A stretch of 64,000 bases of DNA from Candidatus Hecatella orcuttiae. Its GTDB lineage: Archaea > Thermoproteota > Bathyarchaeia > Hecatellales > Hecatellaceae. The notes under the pieces were generated by a model. The model searched no databases and was not told the DNA's origin. It saw nothing but the letters and a program-made list of their open reading frames with translations. The DNA lies in contig MTLY02000003.1 in NCBI GenBank assembly GCA_002011035.2, positions 320,001-384,000 on the forward strand. Reading direction: 5' to 3'. Positions 48,026 through 57,995 of this stretch are shown one piece after another. Each line of letters begins with the position of its first letter. Position 1 is the stretch's first letter. The translations under genes and the position numbers were made by a program.

Positions 48026-50026
48026 ATGATCGGCTCCGCTTGGCCGTACATCAACTACATGCCTCACCTAGGGACCATCATAGGCTCCGTTCTCTCCGCG
48101 GATGTGGCGGCCAGATACCTGAGGATGAAGGGAGAGGACGTGGTCCTCGTCAGCGGCTCGGATGAGCATGGAACCCCCATCGAACTGGAGGCGGTCAGGC
48201 AGGGGATTCCCCCGAAAAAGCTCACCGACGAAAACCACCGGAAGGTTAAGAAGCTGTTTGAAAGGTGGGCGCTTTCCTTCGACAACTACACCCGAACGGA
48301 GAGCCCTGTCCACATCAGGTTCGTCCAGGATTTTTTCAGAAAAATCTACTCCAACGGCTACATCTTCACTGAGGAGGTGGTCTTCCCCCACTGCCCCCGC
48401 TGCCGCCGTTTTCTACCGGACAGGTTTATTCAGGGGAAATGCCCCCGCTGCGGCTTCGAAGCCGCCCGGGGAGACCAGTGTGACGCCTGCGGCTGGCCTT
48501 TGGATCCCTCCAAGCTTGTGGAGCCGGTTTGCGCCCTCTGCGGGGAAACCCCCAGCCCTAAGACGACCAAGCACTGGTATTTCGACCTGCCTCGCTTTAC
48601 CCATCAACTGGAAAGCTATGTCAAGGAGAATCCCCGCCTGCCTGAGAACGCCCGGAACTTCTCCCTGAACCTGATCCGGGAGGGCTTGAAGCCTAGGCCT
48701 ATAACCCGGGATACGGAGTGGGGTATCCCCGCTCCCTTCCCAGGCGCGGAGGGTAAGACTATCTACGTGTGGATGGAGGCGGTCTTGGGATATGTTTCCG
48801 CCACCTTGGAGCATTTCCAGCGGCTGGGGCAGGAGGACCGGTGGAGGGATTTCTGGCTTGACCCGGAGGCCAGAACCGTCTACTTCATCGGGAAGGACAA
48901 CATTCCCTTCCACACCATCATCCTCCCTGCGCTCCTTCTGGCTTCGGGGGAAGGCTACAACCTTCCTTGGACGGTGAACTCCACGGAGTTCCTGATGTTC
49001 GAGGGGCAGAAGTTTTCCAAAAGCCGCCGGATAGGCATCTGGATCGATGAGGCGCTGCGGATGTTCCCAGCGGACTATTGGAGGTACACCCTCATTTCCA
49101 TAAGGCCTGAGGTCAAGGACACCAGCTTCTCCTGGAGCACCTTCTTGGAGAAGGTTAACTCCGACCTCAACGACACCTTCGGAAACTTGGTCCACAGGAC
49201 GCTGACCTTCATTGGCAGGCATTTTGAAGGAAAAATTCCTACCCCTGAAGCCTTGGACATCTACGACGGGGAAATGTTGAAGGTTGCCAAAGAAGCGCAG
49301 AAAGAGTTTGAAAGAAACTTGGAGCAGTTTAAGCTTCAAGCCGCCGTTCTAACCGTCATGGACCTCGCCCGGAAAGCCAACAAGTACGTCAACGACAAAG
49401 AACCTTGGAGAACCGTGAAAACAGAGCCCTCCAAGGCAGCGGCCACCCTCTACGTGGCTGCCAAGATTGTGAAAACCCTAGGCATCCTCCTACAGCCCTT
49501 CATTCCCTCCACGGCGGATGTGCTTCTGGAAAAATTCGGAGTAAAACCGGGGGAGTCCCGGAAACTTTGGGATGAACTCCGGAAAGAACTAGCCTCCGGG
49601 CAGAAGCTGGGCAAACCTAAAGTTCTCTTTAAGAAGACAAGTTTGGAGGAGGTGGAGAAAAAGCTGAAAGAACTGGAGCAGGCTGGGAAAAAGGAGGAAA
49701 GGATTTCAGCGGAGGAGCTTTCAAGGCTAAACTTGAGGGTAGGCCGGATCGTCGATGTTCAACCGGTAGCCGGGTCGAGGAAGCTTCTCCGGTTGAAGAT
49801 AGACCTAGGAGAGGAGGGTGTGAAAGCAGCGGCAGCCGGCTTGGGCGAGTGCTACCAGCCTGAGGAGCTGAGGGATAGGCTGGTGGCGGTGGTGGCTAAC
49901 ATTCAGCCTGTCAAAATCTTAGGCGTCCACTCTGAGGTCATGGTGCTGGCCGCCGACGACGGCACGGGGAAGTTCGCCTTGCTGACTCCGGACAGGGCTG
50001 TGAAATCAGGGAGCAAGATACGCTGA
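48026..50026 (+). CDS. metG: Methionyl-tRNA synthetase with C-terminal OB tRNA-binding domain
   Basis: WPYIN..PHLG, SGSDEHG, Zn knuckles, GKDNIPFH, KFSKS. Confidence 0.97.
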   Translation: MIGSAWPYINYMPHLGTIIGSVLSADVAARYLRMKGEDVVLVSGSDEHGTPIELEAVRQGIPPKKLTDENHRKVKKLFERWALSFDNYTRTESPVHIRFVQDFFRKIYSNGYIFTEEVVFPHCPRCRRFLPDRFIQGKCPRCGFEAARGDQCDACGWPLDPSKLVEPVCALCGETPSPKTTKHWYFDLPRFTHQLESYVKENPRLPENARNFSLNLIREGLKPRPITRDTEWGIPAPFPGAEGKTIYVWMEAVLGYVSATLEHFQRLGQEDRWRDFWLDPEARTVYFIGKDNIPFHTIILPALLLASGEGYNLPWTVNSTEFLMFEGQKFSKSRRIGIWIDEALRMFPADYWRYTLISIRPEVKDTSFSWSTFLEKVNSDLNDTFGNLVHRTLTFIGRHFEGKIPTPEALDIYDGEMLKVAKEAQKEFERNLEQFKLQAAVLTVMDLARKANKYVNDKEPWRTVKTEPSKAAATLYVAAKIVKTLGILLQPFIPSTADVLLEKFGVKPGESRKLWDELRKELASGQKLGKPKVLFKKTSLEEVEKKLKELEQAGKKEERISAEELSRLNLRVGRIVDVQPVAGSRKLLRLKIDLGEEGVKAAAAGLGECYQPEELRDRLVAVVANIQPVKILGVHSEVMVLAADDGTGKFALLTPDRAVKSGSKIR

Positions 50027-50697
50027 TGCAGCTTAAACTCGACCTCCACGTTCACACAGTCTACTCGGGGGACAGTGTCATCACCCTTAAAAAAGCCGTG
50101 GAGGCCGCTGAGAAGGCGGGACTGGACGGCATAGCCATAACCGACCACGACACCGTTGATGCTTTAAAGGAGATACCCTCCCACTCCTCCATTCTCATTC
50201 TCGAAGGCATAGAAGTCTCCAGTCTCCAAGGCCACATCCTAGGCCTAGGAGTCTCAGCGCGCATCCCACAAGGCCTCCCCGCATCCGACACCGTTGACAG
50301 AATCCGCCGTCTGGGAGGTGTGGCGGTGGTGGCCCATCCCTTCAACTTCCTGAAGAGAAGCCTAAACGGCGAGGCCATTAGGCGGCTGAAGCCTGACGCC
50401 GTGGAGGCTATCAACGCCTCATCCATTCTGCCCCTTACCATCCGGAAGGCTGTGCAGGCTGCGAGGGAACTGGGCCTCCCCCAGGTGGGGGGGAGCGACT
50501 CCCATATCCCCGAGACCATCGGGAAAGCCTACACGCTGGTGGAGGTGGAGGAAGCCAGCCGGGAGGCTGTTCTCCAAGCCCTCAAGGCTGGGAAAACCAG
50601 GGCGGAGGGGAGGAAGATCTCTCCCGTGGATTTTCTGCGCAAGATAGGCTGGCAGATGAAGATAAAAGGGGGATGCACGTTCCTCCCCTTCAGATGA
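50026..50697 (+). CDS. PHP-domain phosphoesterase
   Basis: DLHVHT, AITDHD, AHP, GGSDSH. Confidence 0.92.
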   Translation: MQLKLDLHVHTVYSGDSVITLKKAVEAAEKAGLDGIAITDHDTVDALKEIPSHSSILILEGIEVSSLQGHILGLGVSARIPQGLPASDTVDRIRRLGGVAVVAHPFNFLKRSLNGEAIRRLKPDAVEAINASSILPLTIRKAVQAARELGLPQVGGSDSHIPETIGKAYTLVEVEEASREAVLQALKAGKTRAEGRKISPVDFLRKIGWQMKIKGGCTFLPFR

Positions 50698-50788
50698 AAG
50701 TTTTCCCTTCAGCCCTCGCGCAGCTCAACTTTTCCGGGATGAAACTTTTTTGAGAGGCTACTCTAAAAACAACTTGGGAAAGCGGCTG

Positions 50789-51250
50789 TTGAAAGTCTAC
50801 ACCGTGGGGCATTCCACTCGAAGCCTTCCAGAGTTTCTGAGGCTTCTCAAAGCCTACAGTGTCCGCGTCCTCGTTGACGTGCGCAGGTTTCCCGGCTCCA
50901 AGAAGTTTCCCCATTTCAACAGAGAAAACTTGGAGGCAGTGCTCCCCCGGAAAGGTATCCGCTATCTCTGGCTGGGAAAGTCTTTGGGGGGATTCAGGAA
51001 GGGAGGCTACCGTGAGCATCTGAAGACCCCGGAGTTCAAGACGGGACTTGAGAAGGTGACTGAGACAGCGGCTGAGGCCTCCGCAGCCATCATGTGCGCT
51101 GAAGCCCTATGGTTTCGATGCCATCGGAGGTTCATAGCCGACAGGCTGGCTCGCCGCGGATTCACGGTCCTCCACATCTTGGATGAGAAGAGGACGTATC
51201 TCCACCGCCTAGGCCGCCGAGTTCGGGGGGAGGCGGAGGCTAAAACCTAA
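50789..51250 (+). CDS. DUF488 family protein
   Basis: YTVGHS, VDVRRFP, LGG, MCAE...CHR. Confidence 0.9.
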   Translation: MKVYTVGHSTRSLPEFLRLLKAYSVRVLVDVRRFPGSKKFPHFNRENLEAVLPRKGIRYLWLGKSLGGFRKGGYREHLKTPEFKTGLEKVTETAAEASAAIMCAEALWFRCHRRFIADRLARRGFTVLHILDEKRTYLHRLGRRVRGEAEAKT

Positions 51251-52194
51251 GGCTTTTCGCCTAGGAATTCCTCCAAGACCGACTGGACGGTGCCTTCCCT
51301 CAGCTTCAGAACGTGGTAGGCTATGTCCTCCAGGCTTTTCAGCCTCAGCCTCCTAAGCCTTTCGAAGCCCCATCCCAAGCATTTCACGGCGGAGATGAGG
51401 CAGGCGGCCACCACCGCCTTGGTCCAGTCTCGGCTCAGCGCGTAGGCTGCCAGAAGGGTGCCGCACCAGGTGTCCCCGGCGCCGGTGGTATCCTTCAACG
51501 TCGCCTTCAACCCGCTGAGGGCGGGAATCATCTGCATCCGTCCCTCCTCCACGAGGATGGCTCCCATCTGGCCTAGGGTCACAGCGAGCCTTTTGGCTTT
51601 GAGGGCTGAGAGGGCGGAGGTGAGGCTGCCTGTTTCAGCCAAGGCTGAGGCCTCTTGGTCGTTGACCACCATGAGGTCTGCCTTTTCAGCCAGCTTCCTC
51701 AGGATTCGCCTATTTTCAGCCTTCCCCAAGTAATCGGGGGAGCTGTGGATGGAAACCCAGGTTTCAGGGCAGAGCTTCCTGATTCTCGCCGCAAATTTCT
51801 CCACCTTCTGAGGCCGCATGGGGGCTAGGTGGACGTAAACGTCCCGGCTGACCCAGTGGGCTGGGAGGTCCGCTACCTTGATGGCTGCTCCAGCCCCCAG
51901 TCTGACCGCGTCGTAGCGGGCTTGAAAGTTTTGGTCGTAGCTGATGTCGAAGGAGGTGGTGGGAGCGTTTACTCTTCTGATGAGGGAGCCGGGAAAGGTA
52001 GAGTGGAGGAAGCTGAGCTGTTTGAAGTCCTTCCCCACCGCGGAGATGAGCTTAACCCTGTCGTAGAGAACCTTAGCGCCCAGCGCCGCGTAGAGGGCAG
52101 CCCCGCCCAGCTGAAGCCTTTCCCCCCACGGATTCCTGACCCGGTCGAGGGAAACATGTCCGATGAAGAGGAGGGTAGGCCCGGCCAAAGGCAA
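51247..52194 (-). CDS. PfkB-family carbohydrate/nucleoside kinase
   Basis: GGAA, NDQEA, VTLG..GA, DTTGAGD. Confidence 0.92.
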   Translation of the reverse strand: MPLAGPTLLFIGHVSLDRVRNPWGERLQLGGAALYAALGAKVLYDRVKLISAVGKDFKQLSFLHSTFPGSLIRRVNAPTTSFDISYDQNFQARYDAVRLGAGAAIKVADLPAHWVSRDVYVHLAPMRPQKVEKFAARIRKLCPETWVSIHSSPDYLGKAENRRILRKLAEKADLMVVNDQEASALAETGSLTSALSALKAKRLAVTLGQMGAILVEEGRMQMIPALSGLKATLKDTTGAGDTWCGTLLAAYALSRDWTKAVVAACLISAVKCLGWGFERLRRLRLKSLEDIAYHVLKLREGTVQSVLEEFLGEKP

Positions 52195-52298
52195 CCATCA
52201 AAAATAAGACCGCCCCTAAACTTTTAACAGTATCTCCTTCTTGGCGACGGAGGCCGTGAGGCGTTCTATGGCACAGCCATCCATGGCCATGGATTTTT

Positions 52299-52847
52299 TC
52301 AGCCGCCGGTTTTTTCCAGGCCGCTTACCACCAGGTCCAGCTGTTTGAGCCATTCTTCCACCTTGAGGTTGGGGAAGGACCAGGTGGCGTGGGGTTGATA
52401 GAAACGGTCGAGGGAGACGGTCTTAAGGCTGGGGGCGAAATGCTTCAACGCGGAGAGTATGACCCATTCCACATAATAATGGATGCCTCCCACCAAGACC
52501 AGATCGTACCGGCCGGCTCCGTCTAAGCCTTTCCACCCCGGGTCGCAGAGCCGGTTGGCTATGTCCATGGCCGGCATCCAAACAGCGCCTTGGAAGCCTT
52601 TTTTGAGGAATTCTCCCACCGTCTGAGCGGTGGCCACCACCCCCATCTTCCCAGCTTTGGCTATGAGGACCGCGTAGTCGATGAGGCGCCTGTCGCCTAA
52701 GCCGGCTTGGGAGGCTTCGGGGCCTACGATGAGCAGCGGCCTTCTCGCCCTTCTGACCATGGCCACCACCACCTCAGGCTTGGTGATGACTGAAGCCTTC
52801 AAAGGCCCGGGGACTTCTGCCTTCTGCCAGGGTTCCGCTCTCATCAT
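52299..52847 (-). CDS. cdhB: CO dehydrogenase/acetyl-CoA synthase epsilon subunit
   Basis: RRPLLIVG, DPGWKGLDG.G.YD, YQPHA.WSFPN; adjacent to cdhA. Confidence 0.93.
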   Translation of the reverse strand: MMRAEPWQKAEVPGPLKASVITKPEVVVAMVRRARRPLLIVGPEASQAGLGDRRLIDYAVLIAKAGKMGVVATAQTVGEFLKKGFQGAVWMPAMDIANRLCDPGWKGLDGAGRYDLVLVGGIHYYVEWVILSALKHFAPSLKTVSLDRFYQPHATWSFPNLKVEEWLKQLDLVVSGLEKTGG

Positions 52848-55211
52848 TTACCGGGCCTCCTTAGGTTTCGCCAGCCTCTCCAGCAGGGTGGGGTCGGGGG
52901 TCTCTCTTTCCCGCCAGCCCTCGGCTTTCAGGATCTCCATGACCTCGTCTCTGAGGGTTATGGGGATGTCCGTCTCCTTCCGGACTAGCAGATGGAGGTC
53001 GTCGGGCATCACCCCGTAATACCGCTTGTGCAAGTCCACGTAGTGGGCCAGCTTTATCGCCCGCCCCTTGGCTGTGTCGTTCGCCCTCATGCAAAGCTTC
53101 ACCAGCATCACCAACGCTTCCTCCTTGGTTTCAGCCGTGAAGAACAAGTGCTCGGGAACAGGGCCCACGTAGACCTTCTCCCCCGTGCGGGCGTCGTAGA
53201 CATACCAGTTGCTTTCCACTTCCTTCCTACCCAAGAGCATGCGCCTGTACTTGGAGCCATGAGGGCCTACGACCACGGGAATCCCCAGCCTCCAGAAGCC
53301 GCTGGCGATGGAGGCCGCCTTCTGGGACATGGCCCCCCAGGCGATGCCCGCGGCGCCCACCCGGTTGTGGATGTAGTCGGCTATCTCCTCGTAGTTGCCC
53401 CTCAGGTTCCGTCTGGCGAAGATGCTGGCTATCTTGATGGCCGCTCCAGCTATGTGGGAATTAGCCACGCAGGAGCCCACGTTGACCAAGCCTCCAGCGT
53501 CGAACACCCCCGGGTAGGCTTCGTAGAGGCTTTGACCGTCCTCGTTCTTGTACATACCGATGGACATGGCGGCGCAGCCGGAGGCGACCACGATGAACCG
53601 GCGTTTCAGAAACTCCTCAGCCATCTCAGCCACCTCCCGCCCTCCACCCGGGTAGTTGGCGCAGCCCACCAAGGCTATGACGCCGGGTATCTCCCCTAAA
53701 ACCAGAGGCCCTCCGACCTTCCGAATTTCCACATCTTGAATGGCGCCTCTTCCAACCCGAACCTTGTAGGCTTCTTCTCTGAGTTTCTCCTCCGAAGCTT
53801 TCACGATGCCGCTGTGGATGGGTATCTCCTGGGGGCAGGCGTCTTCGCAGCGGGCGCAGCCAATGCAGGCGGCGCAAAGGTCAGCCAGCCCGGTGAGAAC
53901 CCCGGAAGCCGCTGCCTTCACAGCCTCAGGGATGGGCAGGTCGTTGGGGCACGCCCGCCGGCATTCCTCGCATTCTGTGCATTTTTTAGCCAACTCCACC
54001 AGTTCATCCTGCCCGGGAAGGGCTCCGAACTTTCTCCTTTTTGGGGCTACCTCTATGGCTGTTCTCACGGCCACCTCTCCCACCTTAGCGGGGTCGAGGA
54101 TTAAGGCGCCCGGGGTCTTCCCTTCCACGAGGTCTTTCACGATTTCGTCGACAGGGTCGCCGGTTCTGTTGGGCAGGCCCGCGCACTGCTTTTCCGTGCT
54201 GGCGATGAAGGGGACCTTAGCCTTCTCCGCCTCGGAGAGGAGGTCGGTGCGGATGCACTGCTCGTCGACCACCGCCACGTCGGGGATGCCGCTTCGGATG
54301 AAGCGAAGCTGCCATGAGATGGGGCCGATGATTTTAGCTTTGGAATTGTACCGAGTGAGGTCGTGGGCGGTGCAGCATATTCCCGCTACTTCCACAGAGC
54401 CTTGGAGGCTGTTCTCAGAGAGATAGTCCATGATGTAGGCGGCGGGGGGCACGTTGTGGCCGACGACGAGGATGACGGGCTTAGAAGTGTCGACGCTTCC
54501 AAAACCTATATTTGCCAAGGGAGCCTCAGGGTCAGCCTTAGGGTAGGGGTAGGCGGAAACCTGAGCTATGTCAGCCACCTCCATAGCCACTTGGTCGACC
54601 ATCCCTGCGTGGAAGACCTTGGACTCGAAGTCCAGCGCGTCGCCTTCTTGACCTGTGTGGGTGGCGGAGAGCAAGTGGGTTATCTGGGATTCAACATAGT
54701 CCAAAGCTTCATCCAAATCCCCTAAGGTTTTAGGCTTGATCCCGCAGACCAGCCGGAGAATGGGCGCCTCCACTTCCACCTCTCCGGTTCCCACTTGGAT
54801 GGGATGGTCTCTCCCGTAGATTTTTGAAAGATGCTCCACCAAATGTCGGGCGTGGCTTGCATGGGTGGCCGCTCCCATGCAGCAGGCCAGCAGGACGATT
54901 CTAGACTGCTGAGCCGCCAGGTTCAGCCCGCAGGCGCCTTTCTTTCCCCGGGTTAGGTCGCATTTTCCCATGGTGCAAAGGCAGCAGAGGTCGCAGTAGG
55001 GCAGGTAGAAGGGCCTGTAGCGGCTCAGAAGCTTAAGGTCCCAATCTCGAAGGTCGACGGCGGAGGGAAAAGGGGTGGGGCCTTGAGGTTCCTCCCAAGG
55101 CTCTGTTATGGTTTTGCCTAAGACCAGTTCCAGGTCTCTGAAGACTCCTAGACCTGTCTTCAGCTCTTTAACCTTTAAGTGCAAGCTTTTCTTCATATTT
55201 TCCTTCACCAT
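52848..55211 (-). CDS. cdhA: CO dehydrogenase/acetyl-CoA synthase alpha subunit
   Basis: CDLCCLCTMGKC, GHNV, GICCT, DEQC, two ferredoxin motifs, GCAN, SGC, GSCV. Confidence 0.97.
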   Translation of the reverse strand: MVKENMKKSLHLKVKELKTGLGVFRDLELVLGKTITEPWEEPQGPTPFPSAVDLRDWDLKLLSRYRPFYLPYCDLCCLCTMGKCDLTRGKKGACGLNLAAQQSRIVLLACCMGAATHASHARHLVEHLSKIYGRDHPIQVGTGEVEVEAPILRLVCGIKPKTLGDLDEALDYVESQITHLLSATHTGQEGDALDFESKVFHAGMVDQVAMEVADIAQVSAYPYPKADPEAPLANIGFGSVDTSKPVILVVGHNVPPAAYIMDYLSENSLQGSVEVAGICCTAHDLTRYNSKAKIIGPISWQLRFIRSGIPDVAVVDEQCIRTDLLSEAEKAKVPFIASTEKQCAGLPNRTGDPVDEIVKDLVEGKTPGALILDPAKVGEVAVRTAIEVAPKRRKFGALPGQDELVELAKKCTECEECRRACPNDLPIPEAVKAAASGVLTGLADLCAACIGCARCEDACPQEIPIHSGIVKASEEKLREEAYKVRVGRGAIQDVEIRKVGGPLVLGEIPGVIALVGCANYPGGGREVAEMAEEFLKRRFIVVASGCAAMSIGMYKNEDGQSLYEAYPGVFDAGGLVNVGSCVANSHIAGAAIKIASIFARRNLRGNYEEIADYIHNRVGAAGIAWGAMSQKAASIASGFWRLGIPVVVGPHGSKYRRMLLGRKEVESNWYVYDARTGEKVYVGPVPEHLFFTAETKEEALVMLVKLCMRANDTAKGRAIKLAHYVDLHKRYYGVMPDDLHLLVRKETDIPITLRDEVMEILKAEGWRERETPDPTLLERLAKPKEAR

Positions 55212-55279
55212 GTACTGATGAAAATATACAAAGGGAAAAAAGTCTTTAGGCTATATATGCCTACTGGCTCAGACCCCCC

Positions 55280-55900
55280 CTAAAGCACTAAACCGGCGAA
55301 GTAGAGGATCAGGGCTATCAGAACCCCCGCCGAAAGCATTTTGACTCCTTGAACAAAGATGTTCTCCTTGGAGATCTTCCCCAGAAACATACCTAAGGCG
55401 AAGAGGACGGCTAAGGCTGTGCCTAGCGAGAGAAAAACAGCGAATTGGAAACCGAGCAGACCTAACTTTACCAAGAAAAAGGGAGTAATGGCCGCCAAGG
55501 CTACAGCCACTGGAGAAATCCCGTTCACAAAAGCCAGCCAGACGGTCGCAACCCGGGAGGCTCTGCCCCACAAAGAGTTTTTAAGGTCTGTGAAGAGGGC
55601 GCTCTCCAGCTCTTTGAGAGCCTTGCTTCTTTCAGCCTTCTCCGCCATGTAGGCGCCCCAAACTCCGGAGAGGCTCATGGCCAAGCCGGCTCCTAGGCCG
55701 GCGCTGATGACGATGTGGGGGTCGGTGACCCCGGCCACATAGGTGCCCAGCACCACCCCCAGCACTATTAGGGCTCCGTCGAAGGCGTTCAACACGAAGT
55801 ATCTTCGAGCAATCTCCCCCACTTTAGCCATCTGGAAATATTGCTTAAAGTTCCCGGAAAAATTCCTCAAAGCCTTAAGCTTCTGACGGATGGATAACAT
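55280..55900 (-). CDS. VIT1/CCC1-family membrane protein
   Basis: RRYFVLNAFDG, SGVWGAYMAEKAER; start uncertain (ORF open to 55921). Confidence 0.85.
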   Translation of the reverse strand: MLSIRQKLKALRNFSGNFKQYFQMAKVGEIARRYFVLNAFDGALIVLGVVLGTYVAGVTDPHIVISAGLGAGLAMSLSGVWGAYMAEKAERSKALKELESALFTDLKNSLWGRASRVATVWLAFVNGISPVAVALAAITPFFLVKLGLLGFQFAVFLSLGTALAVLFALGMFLGKISKENIFVQGVKMLSAGVLIALILYFAGLVL

Positions 55901-56022
55901 CTTCCCCAGAAGACGCCCCAATACATAAAAATAGCAAAGATATTAATTAACCTTCGAACATTTGCAGCTAAAACCGGCGTCCCAACCGGGATCCCAGCGA
56001 AATAAGCAGATGGGAGAATTGT

Positions 56023-56379
56023 TCAAGTCTTTTGAGTCTGCGGCTTCGGCTGGCAGGGAATGCAAATGGGAGCCTGGCTTCTAACCCTCAGCCAGTCTGT
56101 TTTGGGGCACTGGTATAGGTCTGGTTCTATTTCTTCCGCCTCCGGGCATGGTTTACCCACCGGAAGCTTGAAGGTTGACTCTTTTTCCTTCATCTTCCCA
56201 GCCATTCTCGCTCTGCTTTCAATGTACTGCTTGAGTTTCGGTAGCTCAGTCTCAGGGATAACCCAATGCCCCGTGCTGTTCTTAGACCCTTTGATGACTC
56301 CCTTGGACACCAGCTCCGTAACTCTTTCAGTGCGCACCTTCAGGATATCGGCCAGCTGGGAAGTAGTATAATACTGCAC
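56023..56379 (-). CDS. MerR/excisionase-type HTH protein with C-terminal four-Cys domain
   Basis: YYTTSQLADILKV...G.IKG...WVIP; CP-x11-CP-x13-CIPC. Confidence 0.7.
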   Translation of the reverse strand: MQYYTTSQLADILKVRTERVTELVSKGVIKGSKNSTGHWVIPETELPKLKQYIESRARMAGKMKEKESTFKLPVGKPCPEAEEIEPDLYQCPKTDWLRVRSQAPICIPCQPKPQTQKT

Positions 56380-56577
56380 GTCCGGAAACCTCGAAATCTT
56401 TTGTAAAAGAAAAAGCAGCCGCCTTATTAAAATTAACCCGCCACGCCGGCGATAAAAAATCCTACCAGCCGGTTAAGAAGCCGTTAACACTATTCAGGGG
56501 GGAAATCCCCCATCTCATGCTAAAAAAATAAACCGGCGGGGAACACCGCTTTCTCCCGGTTTCCCCTTCGACAGCGG

Positions 56578-56961
56578 TTATTCTACCTTTATTTCTTTGG
56601 TCCCTTCCCACGTGCCGTGAAGGTTGCACCGTTCGAAGGCTCTCAGCGGGTGGGCGTGGGTTAGGCTGATGGGGATGGTTATTTTTGGAGCTGTTCTTTC
56701 GGGGATCAGGTCAACTCTGGTGAGGAAGGTGTCCCCCGCGTAGAGTTCTATAAATTCGATGTAGTGGCCGGCTTCGTTGGGATGCTTCATGAGTTTCCCT
56801 ACTTCGACGGTTACGTTGAACATTTCCCCCTTCTTGACCACATCCGGAGCCTCGATTACCGGGGTATGCTTCTTTTCCAAGTCTGTCATCTGAGCTGGGT
56901 TTTTAGGCTTGTTGACTCCGCAGAAGAGGTCTCCTTCGCAGGATTTATCTTCTTTCAACAA
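56578..56961 (-). CDS. Superoxide reductase (neelaredoxin/class II SORL type)
   Basis: EKKHTP, HPNEAGHYI, CNLHG iron ligands. Confidence 0.92.
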   Translation of the reverse strand: MLKEDKSCEGDLFCGVNKPKNPAQMTDLEKKHTPVIEAPDVVKKGEMFNVTVEVGKLMKHPNEAGHYIEFIELYAGDTFLTRVDLIPERTAPKITIPISLTHAHPLRAFERCNLHGTWEGTKEIKVE

Positions 56962-57098
56962 AATTCCTCCTTTACTTTTAGAAAATCGTCCGCCAGTAGA
57001 TAAAGCTTTATCCGGTGTGGGGTGTTGAATCCTTCAGGCCAAGGCAACCTATTTATAACAATCCGACCCTAATATTAGTTCTTAAAAAGGGGATTTGT

Positions 57099-57596
57099 AT
57101 GGGTAAAACTTCAAGGGTCATAGCGGATTTAGACGTCGACGCCCTCATCGAGGAGTTGAACAGGGCTATAGCCGACGAATGGCTGGCCATCGCTCAGTAC
57201 TGGTACGGTTCCCTAGCGCCTGAGCAGACCATGAACCCCGTGGTGAAGGAAGCCATCAAGAAAGCCTTGGACGACGAACGGGAGCACGTCAACGAGCTGG
57301 CGGAGAGGATACTGGAGCTGGGGGGAACCCCCCTGAAGAACCCGGACCAGTGGAACCAGCTGGCCCACTGCAAATATCTGGAACCTCCCAACAAGCTCAC
57401 CGACTTGAGGAAGTTTCTCCAAGATGCCTTAAAGGGGGAAGAATGCGCCATGAAGGCCTACAACGAAATCGCCAAGCTGACCTTCGGCAAAGACCACATC
57501 ACCTACCAGCTCATCGTGCACATCCTCAGCGAAGAAGCTGAGCATGAGGAAATGTTCGAAGACATGCTGGAAAACCTACCCTGCGACTTCAAATAA
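57099..57596 (+). CDS. Ferritin-like DPS-like (DPSL) protein
   Basis: ADEWLA..QYW, DEREH, GEECA, DHITY, EEAEHE. Confidence 0.9.
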   Translation: MGKTSRVIADLDVDALIEELNRAIADEWLAIAQYWYGSLAPEQTMNPVVKEAIKKALDDEREHVNELAERILELGGTPLKNPDQWNQLAHCKYLEPPNKLTDLRKFLQDALKGEECAMKAYNEIAKLTFGKDHITYQLIVHILSEEAEHEEMFEDMLENLPCDFK

Positions 57597-57649
57597 GCCA
57601 ACTTTTTTTTTTGAAGACGGCGGAAGTCCACCGCTAGGAGGTGAAGGCT

Positions 57650-57955
57650 ATGGGTGAAGAAACCACCCACGAGAAGGTCTTGGAGGCCATGGCCAAGCTG
57701 AGCCCCGAGGAATTGAAGGCGAAAATGGAGGAAAGCCGGAAGATGTGCGAAAGCTTCTGCGGCGAATGCCCCACCTACACCGGTACGGGGGAGAAGGAAC
57801 TGCTGTTCTGCATCCTAGGCCGAAGCAGTGTGATAAAAGAGCAGAAGGGTTGCCTCTGCACAGCGGGATGCCCTGTTCAGAAGAACATGGGCCTCCGATG
57901 GGACTACTACTGCATCCGCGGCTCAGGCAAAGAGCAGATGGCTAAAGAAAAATAA
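57650..57955 (+). CDS. DUF2769-like Cys-rich protein
   Basis: C..FC.ECPTY, LFC..G.S, GCLC...CPV, YYC..GS; GGAGGTGA SD. Confidence 0.8.
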   Translation: MGEETTHEKVLEAMAKLSPEELKAKMEESRKMCESFCGECPTYTGTGEKELLFCILGRSSVIKEQKGCLCTAGCPVQKNMGLRWDYYCIRGSGKEQMAKEK

Positions 57956-57995
57956 GTCAGAATTTTTTCGTATCCGCTCCTCCAGTTCGGAGGTC

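Noticed and set aside
48413-49339. Long antisense ORFs (also 52992-53699, 61009-61986 and many shorter)
   Set aside because: Shadows of GC-rich real genes on the opposite strand; no motifs
52279-52294. 16-bp palindrome ATCCATGGCCATGGAT after cdhB, with a 24-aa DGC-containing ORF
   Set aside because: Could be a terminator hairpin or gene remnant; too short to support a call
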